Below are positions 36,098 to 45,542 of a DNA stretch of 64,000 nucleotides, in pieces. Origin of the DNA: a virus; IMG/VR virus record IMGVR_UViG_3300036831_000067, positions 8,082 to 72,081 of that record; one strand, 5' to 3'. The notes below the pieces were generated by a model that worked only from the letters and a program-made list of their open reading frames with translations, was not told the DNA's origin and did not search any database. Position numbers and translations under genes: made by a program. How positions within the stretch are numbered: the stretch's first letter is position 1; each line of letters starts with the position of its first letter.

Positions 36098-36253
36098 ATG
36101 GCTGATCCCGTGCAGAGCGGACAGTGGCCGATGCCACTGTCCGAGATTCAGAAGCTGACCACCTCCAACATCGATCCGGTGAAGGACTTCTACGACAGCG
36201 TGGGCGTTCCGGGCTCACCCCAGCTCGGGAACGCACCGACTCCTGGCCAATGA
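36098..36253 (+). CDS. 51-aa protein with VKDFYD motif, not in the ORF track
   Basis: AAAGGA RBS; MADPVQSGQWPMPLSEIQKLTTSNIDPVKDFYDSVGVPGSPQLGNAPTPGQ; TGA overlaps ATG 36250. Confidence 0.65.
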   Translation: MADPVQSGQWPMPLSEIQKLTTSNIDPVKDFYDSVGVPGSPQLGNAPTPGQ

Positions 36254-36708
36254 CCGGCGTCGTCTCCGGGATGAAGTACGGCTGGGCATCCCAGGCGCGG
36301 CAGTATGCCCCCACGGGTGAGCCGGGCATCCACCTGGAGCAGCACGACGTTCCCGGCGTGCGGGGCCCTACTGTCGTCGACTGCCTGCTCTACCGTGACG
36401 ACGATGGTCAGCTGCTGGGGATCTTCAACCACTACAACGAGAACAACCTGTGGCAGAAGCCCGGCAGCTGCAACCTGTGGGTGCACCCCGACCACCAGCG
36501 CAAGGGGATCGCGACCGACCTGCTGCGTGAGGCCGATAAGCTCTGGGAACTGGCCGACCAGGAGAACTACACCCCGGAGGGTAATGCCTGGATCGAGGGC
36601 CTGGTCAAGAAGGGCAAAATCGATCCGACCAGGACGGGCTCCATCGAGGGAGACCCCTCCTCCATCTCGGGTCGTAAGGTGCCGCGCCCCTGTGATCCTG
36701 GCGGATAG
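36250..36708 (+). CDS. GNAT-family acetyltransferase
   Basis: Motif A: LWVHPDHQRKGIATDLLREA; TPEG; ATGA coupling. Confidence 0.8.
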   Translation: MTGVVSGMKYGWASQARQYAPTGEPGIHLEQHDVPGVRGPTVVDCLLYRDDDGQLLGIFNHYNENNLWQKPGSCNLWVHPDHQRKGIATDLLREADKLWELADQENYTPEGNAWIEGLVKKGKIDPTRTGSIEGDPSSISGRKVPRPCDPGG

Positions 36709-36721
36709 CGATCTTAAAGGG
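36690..36721 (+). promoter_or_regulatory. Candidate phage late-promoter motif
   Basis: CCCTGT-N22-AAAGGG. Confidence 0.6.
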
Positions 36722-36747
36722 TGAAGCCGAAGCACGGAGGGTAGAGG

Positions 36748-38538
36748 ATGCCGATCAATTATCCCAGTGGCAACGACATCTTCACGGTTCCATCGGACCC
36801 CGCTGACACCCCGCTCTCCTCGGCCGGTGACGGCACCCGCAACCTGGTCGAGTCGATCCAGGACATCGGAGGGGCGACCACGGCCCTGGAGATACTGGCG
36901 GCCGTCAAGACCCACGCCCATGCCGGTAGCACCGACGGAACCCATCAACTTCTTCAGGCCAATACGCACGTCAACGCCGACACCGATGTGTCACCGACAT
37001 CGATCCACCACACTCTCGGGACGTCGGGGGATCAGGCGGCACCGGGCAATCACCTCCACGACTACAACGATCTGGTTGACCGGCCGCTGGTCATCTGCAC
37101 CTCGACCACCCGGCCGACGAGCCCGTTTCTGGGGCAGATGATCTGGGAGGTCGACAAGAACCGGTTCCGGATCTGGTCACAGTTCTCGGGCAGCGACGTC
37201 GCGCAGGTGGGCCTGGTCGCCACCATCCCCTTCAACCAGACCAACACCCTCAGCCTGGGCACCGGCTGGAACCAGGTCTACTACCCGATCGACGCCACGC
37301 TGAACCCTGTCGGGACGGCCGGTGGGCTGATGGCGGTTCCGGACGGGGCCAATGCCCAATGGGTGTTCGACTACGCGCCCTACGGCGCCGGGGGCAAGGA
37401 TCTGGTGTGGCCGCCGACCGGTTGGCCGTGGCCCTACGTCCAGGGCCGCTGCCGTGCACAGCGGACCAACACCGTCGATCGCCATACGCTGACCGATGAC
37501 CAGTCCCTGACCTGGGTGGCCGGGCCGACCGTGATGCCGGGCGACAATGCATGGCCGCCCAACCCGTCGGCCAACGATTGCTATCTGCGGATGTCAGATG
37601 ACGGCCAGTCCTACATCCGGGTGTCATACAGTTTTGTGCCCGGAATCGTGCTCAGGTTCTGGGTCCTCACCATTCAGCTCGGGTATCCCTTTTACCCCCC
37701 AACCGAGACGGTCATGGTGTACTACACCACCAGCGGGATCGAGAATGAGCAACTGCTGGGAACGGTGCAGGTACCCAATTTCGATCCCTGGTCGACTTAT
37801 CAGGTGGATATTTCCGGGCGCACGCTGCTTTTCTACAACGACTCGAATTACATCGGGCGAATCACCGACACCCAAAACGTCACCGCGATGGGCTCCAACA
37901 ACCGTGGGTGGGGGATAGGCATGACGGTGGGCCGGGACCCGAGCTGGGCTGATACGGTGGCGTGTCACCCTACCCTGGTGCACAGCGTCACGATCCGCGA
38001 CATCGTCTACTACACCGGTTCCCCGGTCTGGCAGATCCTGCCCGTCGGGCTGGTGCCCATCGTGCGCCTGCAGCAGACCATTCCCCAGACGCTGGATCAC
38101 GCCGGGTCGATCATCGAGTGGAACACCGCCGTCGAGGACAACTTCGGGTTCTTCAACAAGGCCGCTTCGACAACCGACCTCGTGGTCGCCGACGGGTGCG
38201 CGGGTTTGTACGATGTCGAGGCCACCCTGCAGATGGGCACCGACTTCTACCCCGACTCGGGCACCGTCGTCTTCCTGCTCAATGGCCTGGCCACCGACGT
38301 GCGCCAGCAGGCGTCGACGCCGGGGTACGGATCAGGCTCCAAGGGCCAGAACACCAAGGGGGGCGCCCAGAGCATCACCGTCCCGGTGTCGGGCAAGCTG
38401 CGGCTGGCCGACGGGGACGTTCTGCAGGTCCAGGTCTACTACACCTCGGCGCAAAGCGAGTGGGACCAGATCGTCTCCTACTCGGATCCGGCCGCCAACA
38501 TTGTGTCGACTCTCAAGATCAAGTTCCTCTCACCGTAG
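36748..38538 (+). CDS. Minor tail / fibre protein with C-terminal beta-sandwich
   Basis: Fibre motifs 'HHTLG....QAAPGNH.H' and 'TRPTSPFLGQMIWE.D'; C1q-like C-terminus (GLYDV...LRLADGDVLQV). Confidence 0.75.
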   Translation: MPINYPSGNDIFTVPSDPADTPLSSAGDGTRNLVESIQDIGGATTALEILAAVKTHAHAGSTDGTHQLLQANTHVNADTDVSPTSIHHTLGTSGDQAAPGNHLHDYNDLVDRPLVICTSTTRPTSPFLGQMIWEVDKNRFRIWSQFSGSDVAQVGLVATIPFNQTNTLSLGTGWNQVYYPIDATLNPVGTAGGLMAVPDGANAQWVFDYAPYGAGGKDLVWPPTGWPWPYVQGRCRAQRTNTVDRHTLTDDQSLTWVAGPTVMPGDNAWPPNPSANDCYLRMSDDGQSYIRVSYSFVPGIVLRFWVLTIQLGYPFYPPTETVMVYYTTSGIENEQLLGTVQVPNFDPWSTYQVDISGRTLLFYNDSNYIGRITDTQNVTAMGSNNRGWGIGMTVGRDPSWADTVACHPTLVHSVTIRDIVYYTGSPVWQILPVGLVPIVRLQQTIPQTLDHAGSIIEWNTAVEDNFGFFNKAASTTDLVVADGCAGLYDVEATLQMGTDFYPDSGTVVFLLNGLATDVRQQASTPGYGSGSKGQNTKGGAQSITVPVSGKLRLADGDVLQVQVYYTSAQSEWDQIVSYSDPAANIVSTLKIKFLSP

Positions 38539-38540
38539 CC

Positions 38541-39533
38541 ATGGTCAACTACCCCAGCGGGATATCCACCTACACCCCGAAGATCGCCGACTCCGCGCTG
38601 GTGCGCCGGTTCGTTGCGCTCGGCGGGCGCGGCTACGTGGCGCTCACGATCTGGGATGGTTCCACGGCGATCGATCCCGACGCGGGCAGCATGAACCTGC
38701 AGGTGTGGTTCGACGACGTCATCACTCCCCCGCCGACCGGTGACGATCCTCGCGGTACCCGGGTTATCGATGCCAGTGCCGATCAGATCAGCCGTGACGA
38801 CATCGGGCGCTACCACTACGACATCGGACCGCAGTACACCGGCAATCGGGGCGTACTCACTGCGCAGTGGACCTACAACGTGAACGGGACCACGTTCACC
38901 TTCACCGACTATCTGCAGATCCTTGACCAGATGCCGCTCTACGAGAGCCTCAACGACTCCGAGCGCCTGCTGGTGGAGCAGGTCAGTTGGATGATCGGGG
39001 ATTTCTACGACTCCACCGACGGCGGCCCGCACCTCATCGACGAGTTCCAGACCCACTTCGACTACGAGCGTCTGGCCGAGTTGGCCGTGATCGCCACCCA
39101 GCGCTTCAACGTGATCGGCTACCCGTTGACCAGTTACGGCTTCGGGTACGGCGCCAACAATCCTCCGTCGGAGTTCTCGGGACTCATACTGCTGGGCACC
39201 TACCTGGAGGTGGTGCGTCACCTTCGCGACTCCTACGTCGAGATCCCGAATTTCGTGGGGATGAACGTCACCTACACGGACAGAAGGGATTACTTCAACC
39301 GCTGGTCGCAGGTGTTCAGCTCGGAGTGGCCGGACTACAAGCAGATGGTGATGCGGGCCAAGTACAAGCTGCTGAACCTGGGCCGGGGATCGATCCTGCT
39401 GGCCGGTGGGATTTTCGGCAGCACCTCGGGCCGGGGACTGTTCCTGTTCAGTCCGTACAACGCTTGGACCAGGGCTTTCCGGTTTTATCCCGCTGCTCCG
39501 GCGATCTCATTCCCGGCCACCCGGATCCCGTAG
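38541..39533 (+). CDS. Head-to-tail adaptor / neck protein
   Basis: ATG 38541 just after the upstream stop; position before stopper, terminator and sheath. Confidence 0.65.
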   Translation: MVNYPSGISTYTPKIADSALVRRFVALGGRGYVALTIWDGSTAIDPDAGSMNLQVWFDDVITPPPTGDDPRGTRVIDASADQISRDDIGRYHYDIGPQYTGNRGVLTAQWTYNVNGTTFTFTDYLQILDQMPLYESLNDSERLLVEQVSWMIGDFYDSTDGGPHLIDEFQTHFDYERLAELAVIATQRFNVIGYPLTSYGFGYGANNPPSEFSGLILLGTYLEVVRHLRDSYVEIPNFVGMNVTYTDRRDYFNRWSQVFSSEWPDYKQMVMRAKYKLLNLGRGSILLAGGIFGSTSGRGLFLFSPYNAWTRAFRFYPAAPAISFPATRIP

Positions 39534-39543
39534 CTGGTCAGCT

Positions 39544-40404
39544 GTGCCCATCATCAAGCTCCCGGAGCCTTACTCGGTCACCTTGGCCCGGCACTCGGTG
39601 AACGACTCGCTGATGGCCCACGGTGAGGAATGCGTGCTGCTATCCACCTATCACCCCAGCGACGGCGACGGGATGACCTGTCCCAACTGCTCCGACGACA
39701 TCTACGACAGCGGATCCAACACCTGCACTTATTGCTTCGGCACCGGCTACTCCGGTGGGGTGCGCTACGCCCGGCGGGTATGGGGGCTGTTCAGCGATCA
39801 CCGCGCCGACGAGAATTACTCGGCGCGCGGCACCTGGGCGCCCGACGCCCGGGAGTTTCAGACCGAGGCCTTCCCGCTGCTGCTGGAGCACGACTTCGTG
39901 GTACGGGTGCGCCACTGGGACACCAATCACATCCCCTTGGAGTTGGAGGGCTACTACGGCATCGGCCAGGTCATTCGCAACAGCCTGCGTACCGGCAACC
40001 GGTTCGGCCAGTTCTACTGGGACGTGGTGGGCCAGCGGGCCTCGATCACCAAGCTGCAGACCAACGACGCCATCTGCAATTACCCGGTGCTCGGCGTGGC
40101 CTTCCCCGACATCGGCGTCGGCGGCGTATCTACGGTGCTGCCGCCCGTGGTGGCCCCGGACACAAAGGTGATCTACTACACGCCGCCGACCAACGAATAC
40201 AGCGTGGTCATCGGAGATGGCACCACATCGGTCTACCCGGTGGTCCACCACCTCGGCACCACGTCGGTCGTCGTCGCGGTCTACGAGGTATCCACCGGCG
40301 AGTTGGTCGACGTCGACACCTTCGTCACCGACGCCAACACGGTCACGTTCCGGTTCGGGGTCGCCCCGGCCCCGGGCTCCTGTCGAGTGGTTATCCGAGG
40401 TTGA
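39544..40404 (+). CDS. Neck/head-closure protein with Zn finger and C-terminal extra domain
   Basis: CPNC...CTYCFGTGYSGG; C-terminal IGDG....V.HHLGT module. Confidence 0.65.
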   Translation: MPIIKLPEPYSVTLARHSVNDSLMAHGEECVLLSTYHPSDGDGMTCPNCSDDIYDSGSNTCTYCFGTGYSGGVRYARRVWGLFSDHRADENYSARGTWAPDAREFQTEAFPLLLEHDFVVRVRHWDTNHIPLELEGYYGIGQVIRNSLRTGNRFGQFYWDVVGQRASITKLQTNDAICNYPVLGVAFPDIGVGGVSTVLPPVVAPDTKVIYYTPPTNEYSVVIGDGTTSVYPVVHHLGTTSVVVAVYEVSTGELVDVDTFVTDANTVTFRFGVAPAPGSCRVVIRG

Positions 40405-40405
40405 T

Positions 40406-40870
40406 ATGAAAATTCCCGTCCCCCACCGGATCTGTCGAATCGTGTCCGAGCGAGCGGCCAAGAACGCGCGCGAGGATGTGCGCAGTATGGGCTGGTCCGA
40501 CAAGTCGATGGAAGCTCTGGTTCCGCTGGAGTCCGAGGAGAACGGGTTGGTCGGGATCCGCTCCAAGCAGAAGTACCTCATGTATCAGGAGCGCGGCATC
40601 AAACCGTTCCTGATGACCTGGGTGCAGGGGCGCGTCATCCCGATGGGCTGCAAGCAGGGCGACGGTCCGCACTTCGTCACCGGTGGTCACGTCGGGGAGC
40701 CCGGCTACGTCAACATCCCCCATGTCGGCCGGGTCTACCGTGAGCAGCGCTGGCGCCATCCCGGCATCCGGCCCAAGCACTTCATGCAGAGCGCCCTGGA
40801 CAAGGCCATCAAGCAATCACAGCCAGAGATCAAACAGGAACTCCTGCGAATGATGAGAGGAAATCGCTGA
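40406..40870 (+). CDS. Neck/tail completion protein (HK97 gp10-like features)
   Basis: 'YQERGIKPF' and 'HPGIRPKHFMQSAL'. Confidence 0.6.
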   Translation: MKIPVPHRICRIVSERAAKNAREDVRSMGWSDKSMEALVPLESEENGLVGIRSKQKYLMYQERGIKPFLMTWVQGRVIPMGCKQGDGPHFVTGGHVGEPGYVNIPHVGRVYREQRWRHPGIRPKHFMQSALDKAIKQSQPEIKQELLRMMRGNR

Positions 40871-41721
40871 TGAGCACCCCGACCGAGCCGCCCGGTAGCA
40901 CCGATCCTGGGGGCACTGGCCCCTACGGCCCCACTGCCTTCTGGTCCGACGAGCACCCTCCTGTTGATCTGCTCACCCAGGTCAACGACACCCTGCCCGG
41001 GTCCACCCCGGGAGGGCTCATCGAGGCGGTCAAGCGCGCGGTGGTCACCGGCCTGCGCGATGCCGTCACCACTGCCGACCTGCAGGTCAACGGCAGCGGG
41101 ATCTCCATCGATCTGGAGTATCCCCTCGAAGAGGAGCGCTACCCGGGCATCTGGGTGCAGTTCTCCATCACCAAATTCACCCGGGCCGGGATCGGCCAGG
41201 AGGTGGCCTACCAGGACCCCAACACCGGGACCTGGACGCCCATTCAGACGTTCACCTTCAGCGGGCGCGTGACGCTGTCGATCGTGGCGCTGACCAACAA
41301 GGACCGCGACCAGCTCGCCGATTCCGTCATCGCGATGCTGGCCTTCACCCGGACCCCGGAAGTCTGGGTCACCCAGCCTTCCCAGGACACCAAGCAGTAC
41401 CGGGGGCTGCTCGCCTCACTGGACAACAATCCCTTCGTCTCGCTGACGCTGAACACCGACGTCATCAACTGCGGTGGTCAGGGTGTTGAGGTGGGGGTGC
41501 CCTGGCAACCGGACAAACTGGCCTACACCGACAACTACTCGTTTGACCTGCTCGGGCAGACCCAGATCCGGTTCATGCACGACGGCGCTTACACGCTGTC
41601 CAACGTGAACTACGTGCCCATCGTGGTTACTTCGGTTCCCGAACAGGATGTGTTCCCGATTCCGGTCACCTATCCGCCGATCGGCCGGGGCGTTTCCGAG
41701 GAGACCCTGCGGACGCTGTGA
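40870..41721 (+). CDS. Tail terminator / completion protein
   Basis: Directly upstream of the sheath gene; 'EYP...YPGIWVQF'. Confidence 0.6.
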   Translation: MSTPTEPPGSTDPGGTGPYGPTAFWSDEHPPVDLLTQVNDTLPGSTPGGLIEAVKRAVVTGLRDAVTTADLQVNGSGISIDLEYPLEEERYPGIWVQFSITKFTRAGIGQEVAYQDPNTGTWTPIQTFTFSGRVTLSIVALTNKDRDQLADSVIAMLAFTRTPEVWVTQPSQDTKQYRGLLASLDNNPFVSLTLNTDVINCGGQGVEVGVPWQPDKLAYTDNYSFDLLGQTQIRFMHDGAYTLSNVNYVPIVVTSVPEQDVFPIPVTYPPIGRGVSEETLRTL

Positions 41722-41747
41722 AATAACCTTCCGCGCGACAGAAAGGG
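41716..41747 (+). promoter_or_regulatory. Candidate phage late-promoter motif
   Basis: CTGT-N22-AAAGGG upstream of the sheath gene. Confidence 0.6.
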
Positions 41748-41777
41748 GGAGAGAGGTCCTTTGCGCAGGGAGGCTTC

Positions 41778-43367
41778 ATGACCACTCCGGTTATCACCGC
41801 CCCATCCTCGGTGATCGACTTCTCCACCTACAAACCCCCAGGTGTGTACGTCAATCCCGTCCCGGGACCGCAGCTGGCCGTTGCCTCTTCGCTGCCCACG
41901 GCGGTCGGGTTGTTCGGGATGTCGGTGGGTTATCGCCAGTACATCGAGAGCCTGGTCATCAACCCTGACACGAACTCGACCACCCCGGCCATCAACCGGA
42001 CCCTGTCCAACCAGGGCATCCACACCTCGACGATCAAGGTCACCAACCCCAACAGCGGGGCGCAGTACGCACTGGGCACCGACTACACCGTGGTCAATGT
42101 CGGCGGTACCACCGGTACCAGCAATGCCCTGTACACCATCAGCCGGGTGATCGACGGCGGGCACATCACCCAGGGCTCGACCGTGCAGGTCAGCTATCAG
42201 TTCACCAACCCCGCCTACTTCAACCCCACACTGTTCTACACCTACCGCGACATCGTCACGGCCTACGGAGTGCCCTACAACCTGACCACCGGCGCCATTC
42301 AGTCCGAGCTGACTCTGGCTGCCCAGTTCGCCATTCTCAACGGGGCCTATCGGCTCGTCTGCGCCGCCGTGAACCCCGTCACCCCGGGTGCCCCTACCGT
42401 TGGCGACTACAACAATGCCCTGGCCAATCTCGCCAACAACGGCCTGGTCGCGATCGTGGTCTGCTGCAACGGGAGCATGCAGCCGATCCAGCAGCTGGTG
42501 CAGGAACACGTCGATCAACAGAGCAGGTTCCGCTTCGAGCGCCGAGCCATCCTGGGCATGGACGGGACCGGCACGCCGGTGCCCTCCACCCAGCGCATCA
42601 ACAACGCCATGGAGCTTTCCGACCAGCGTGTGATGCTGCTGAGCCCGGCCAGCTTCACCTACTTCTCCACCGAGATCAACCAGACCGTGACGGTGGGTGG
42701 GCAGTACATGGCCGCCAGCCTGGCGGGCATGGCGACCAACATGAGCTGGGCACAGCCGCTCACTCATAAGCTGCCGACCGGCTGGATCGACGTGCCCGAG
42801 GTCGAGCCCGAGTCCCAGAAGGACCTCGAAACCGAGAACGGGCTGTGCGTGATCGAGAAGACCCGGCGCCTGCAGATCTGGGTCCGCCACGGGGTGACCA
42901 CCGACAACATCGACATGGAACACCGTGAATGGTCGATTATCGGTCAGCAAGATGCAATGGTATATCGTTTGCGGGACTATCTTGAGAACGCAAATTTGAT
43001 TGGCCAGCCGATATACGATTACACACTGGTAAATGTCAAGTCATCTGCTGAAGCTGCACTTCAGAGCCTTATTCGTGATGGACTATTGGTCGATTACTAC
43101 GGGTTGGAAGCGCGCCAGCTATTGACCAATCCGGACGTAATTGAAGTTAGCTACAGTTGGCTTCCGGCATTTCCCTTGAATTATATTGTCGTGACGTTCA
43201 ATATCAGCCTCACCTCCGGCAACCTGACTCAGCAGGGCAGCACCGCCAACATCGCCAACACCACCAACTCGTCGGTGTCGAGGACGGCGGGTCTGATCAC
43301 TGCCCCGGCCAGCTCCTCGATCACCGACTTCGGTGGTCCGGCCAACACATTGCAGAGCACCGTTTAA
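41778..43367 (+). CDS. Tail sheath protein
   Basis: N-terminal YKPPGVYV; ERRAILG; RHGVTTD; C-terminal PAFPLNYIVVTF. Confidence 0.92.
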   Translation: MTTPVITAPSSVIDFSTYKPPGVYVNPVPGPQLAVASSLPTAVGLFGMSVGYRQYIESLVINPDTNSTTPAINRTLSNQGIHTSTIKVTNPNSGAQYALGTDYTVVNVGGTTGTSNALYTISRVIDGGHITQGSTVQVSYQFTNPAYFNPTLFYTYRDIVTAYGVPYNLTTGAIQSELTLAAQFAILNGAYRLVCAAVNPVTPGAPTVGDYNNALANLANNGLVAIVVCCNGSMQPIQQLVQEHVDQQSRFRFERRAILGMDGTGTPVPSTQRINNAMELSDQRVMLLSPASFTYFSTEINQTVTVGGQYMAASLAGMATNMSWAQPLTHKLPTGWIDVPEVEPESQKDLETENGLCVIEKTRRLQIWVRHGVTTDNIDMEHREWSIIGQQDAMVYRLRDYLENANLIGQPIYDYTLVNVKSSAEAALQSLIRDGLLVDYYGLEARQLLTNPDVIEVSYSWLPAFPLNYIVVTFNISLTSGNLTQQGSTANIANTTNSSVSRTAGLITAPASSSITDFGGPANTLQSTV

Positions 43368-43386
43368 GGCACTGGGAGGAAACGGA

Positions 43387-43857
43387 ATGGCGCCTACCGT
43401 AACCCGCGTCGGCGGTAGCGGGTTCACTACGATGATGTACAACGGCCAGCGCATGGCCTACTTGCAGATCATCAACGACACCCAACCCACCCCGGTGGCC
43501 CAGGCCGTGGCCGTGCAACCTATCGACGAGCCCGTGCCCCTGGAGATCGTCACCGCGCAGGCCGTTGGCGTTGGTACAATGCGTGGTACATTCTACGAGT
43601 TGTGGAACGCCCCGGTCTGGGCCGACTTGCCGGGACTGCAGGGCACCAACACTCTGCTCGACATACTGCAACGGCAGACCGGTCTGGGTGCCGTCACCCT
43701 GCAGAAGGTCATCAAGGCGCCGCAGGGCATCATGCGTGCCCTGGTCTATCACGCCACCAGCATCACTGACGTCGACGCCGGGGAGAACATCAACATCTCC
43801 ACCATGACGTTGCCGAAGACCATCACCTGGCAGTACTGCTATTCGTCGAACGTCTGA
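43387..43857 (+). CDS. Tail tube protein
   Basis: 156 aa immediately after sheath; GGAGG RBS. Confidence 0.8.
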   Translation: MAPTVTRVGGSGFTTMMYNGQRMAYLQIINDTQPTPVAQAVAVQPIDEPVPLEIVTAQAVGVGTMRGTFYELWNAPVWADLPGLQGTNTLLDILQRQTGLGAVTLQKVIKAPQGIMRALVYHATSITDVDAGENINISTMTLPKTITWQYCYSSNV

Positions 43858-43881
43858 CCAACAGGTAAAAGGAGAACACAC

Positions 43882-44106
43882 ATGTTGTCTGCCCTCAGTA
43901 ACGTACGCAAGGCGATCGTCGCCGCGATCGGTGTCATCCTCTCGGGCCTTACCTTCACCCACAACCTCGACCCGATCCTGAACTGGATTCCGGGCGGCTC
44001 CAAGGTCGAGGCCGTGGTGGGAATCCTGATCGTCATCCTCACCCCGATCGTTACCTGGTGGACGCCGAACGCTCCGGCGTCGTCATCGACGCCCGCAGGT
44101 ACCTGA
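43882..44106 (+). CDS. Small 2-TM membrane protein (holin-like)
   Basis: RKAIVAAIGVIL and VVGILIVILTPIVTWWTPN; AAAGGAG RBS. Confidence 0.65.
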   Translation: MLSALSNVRKAIVAAIGVILSGLTFTHNLDPILNWIPGGSKVEAVVGILIVILTPIVTWWTPNAPASSSTPAGT

Positions 44107-44468
44107 TGCGCCCGATCCTGCGCCAGGCCGAGCAGTACGGCCTGGGCACTCCGTTGCCCGACCCCCGTGTCGCCGAGCACGAGGTGAGTGATCTATTGAG
44201 GGCCCCGGGGATTCCGCGCGGGTCACTGAACCGTCGCGCCGTCGGTCCTACTCTCAAGCCGCCGGTCATCCCCGACATCACGGCCCCCAACGCCCGCTCT
44301 ACGCCCTCTGGTGACCCGAACATGAACCCCCGGCGCCTGGACACCCAGGAGGCGCCGAAAGTGGATGCCGGGCCGCCCCACAAGCTCACACCGATGCCGC
44401 AGATAGCACGCCGGGATTACCGCACCGGCGACGGTGACTATGTCGCGTACTACCCTCCCGGATTCTGA
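44106..44468 (+). CDS. Hypothetical Pro-rich protein
   Basis: TGATG coupling at 44106. Confidence 0.65.
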   Translation: MRPILRQAEQYGLGTPLPDPRVAEHEVSDLLRAPGIPRGSLNRRAVGPTLKPPVIPDITAPNARSTPSGDPNMNPRRLDTQEAPKVDAGPPHKLTPMPQIARRDYRTGDGDYVAYYPPGF

Positions 44469-44481
44469 GAAGGACTGATCT

Positions 44482-45177
44482 ATGGCCGGACGACGCCTGA
44501 CCCCCGATCCCTCCGTGGTGCAGTCGGTGACCGAGATCGTCGACCCCACCCTGGCCCAGCCGATGGCGGGAATGGCCCAGCCGGGTGTGGTCACTCCGAC
44601 GGCGGCGATGATCCCGCCGGGGATGGTGCGGGCCCAGCAGGAGGCGGGACAGGCCCGGGTCGCGGCCTTCTCGGAGTTCGAGCAGGCCGACCAGCCGTTC
44701 GCCACCTTTCATGGTGACGAGGATCAGTCACAAGGCGGGTCTGCACCCGCGCCGCCCGCTCCGGAGGTGGTGACGGAGCTGGATCCCCAGGAACGCCTTG
44801 ATTTGTCCATGCTGATGACGATCGGGCGCCGGGTTAAGAAGATCGACGTGTTCAACCACCCGGTGGTCATCGAGAGCTTGACGGTGGGCGATGACCAGCA
44901 GATCGGCCTGTATTGCAAGGAGTACCAAGGAGCCCCTCCAGCCGATTCGCGCTCCTATCAGATCGCGGTGTGTGCCTGTGGGATTCGCAGCGTCGACGGG
45001 GTGCCGCTGTATCAGCCCCTCTCGACCGAGGAGAGTCCCGGGGCGATCTTTCGCATCAAGGCCGACAAGCTGCAGAAGTGGTACCCGGCGACGATCACCG
45101 AGATCTATCAGGCAATTCTGCAGCTGGACAAGGAGTTCGCGGAGTTGGCTGACAAAGTGGGAAAATCCAACGGCTAG
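44482..45177 (+). CDS. Tail assembly chaperone (short form)
   Basis: Two ORFs upstream of tape measure; slippery G GGA AAA at 45159-45165. Confidence 0.85.
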   Translation: MAGRRLTPDPSVVQSVTEIVDPTLAQPMAGMAQPGVVTPTAAMIPPGMVRAQQEAGQARVAAFSEFEQADQPFATFHGDEDQSQGGSAPAPPAPEVVTELDPQERLDLSMLMTIGRRVKKIDVFNHPVVIESLTVGDDQQIGLYCKEYQGAPPADSRSYQIAVCACGIRSVDGVPLYQPLSTEESPGAIFRIKADKLQKWYPATITEIYQAILQLDKEFAELADKVGKSNG

Positions 45178-45542
45178 ACGCATTGTCGGAGTTGGAAGTG
45201 CGGCTAGCCTACGAAAAGGGACATCTCAGCCAGAAGAACCTCAACCCCTTTCAGCACTGGGCGCTGTTGTACTGGCTCTACCTGAACCGGCGCACCGAGG
45301 TCGAGGACATCCAGGCCGAACTGATCCAGCAGACCTACAACCTGTTCCCCGAACGCTGGGGCGATCTGTACCGCTCTCACGTGCTCAACGAGCTTGGCAT
45401 CGCCGACGAGGCGGCGGAGGACGTCGTGGTTGACGACCTCGACGAACTCAACAAGTTCTACGAGCAGATGGAAAAGAAGCAGTGGATCCGGGGCGGTAAC
45501 CTGCCGGATGCCTTCACGCCGCAACGGGGCGTACGCGTATGA
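44482..45542 (+). CDS. Tail assembly chaperone, -1 frameshifted long form (joins to ORF 45183..45542)
   Basis: The -1 frame is open from 45159 (GKIQRLDALSELEVR...) to 45542; the second ORF has no good RBS. Confidence 0.85.
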
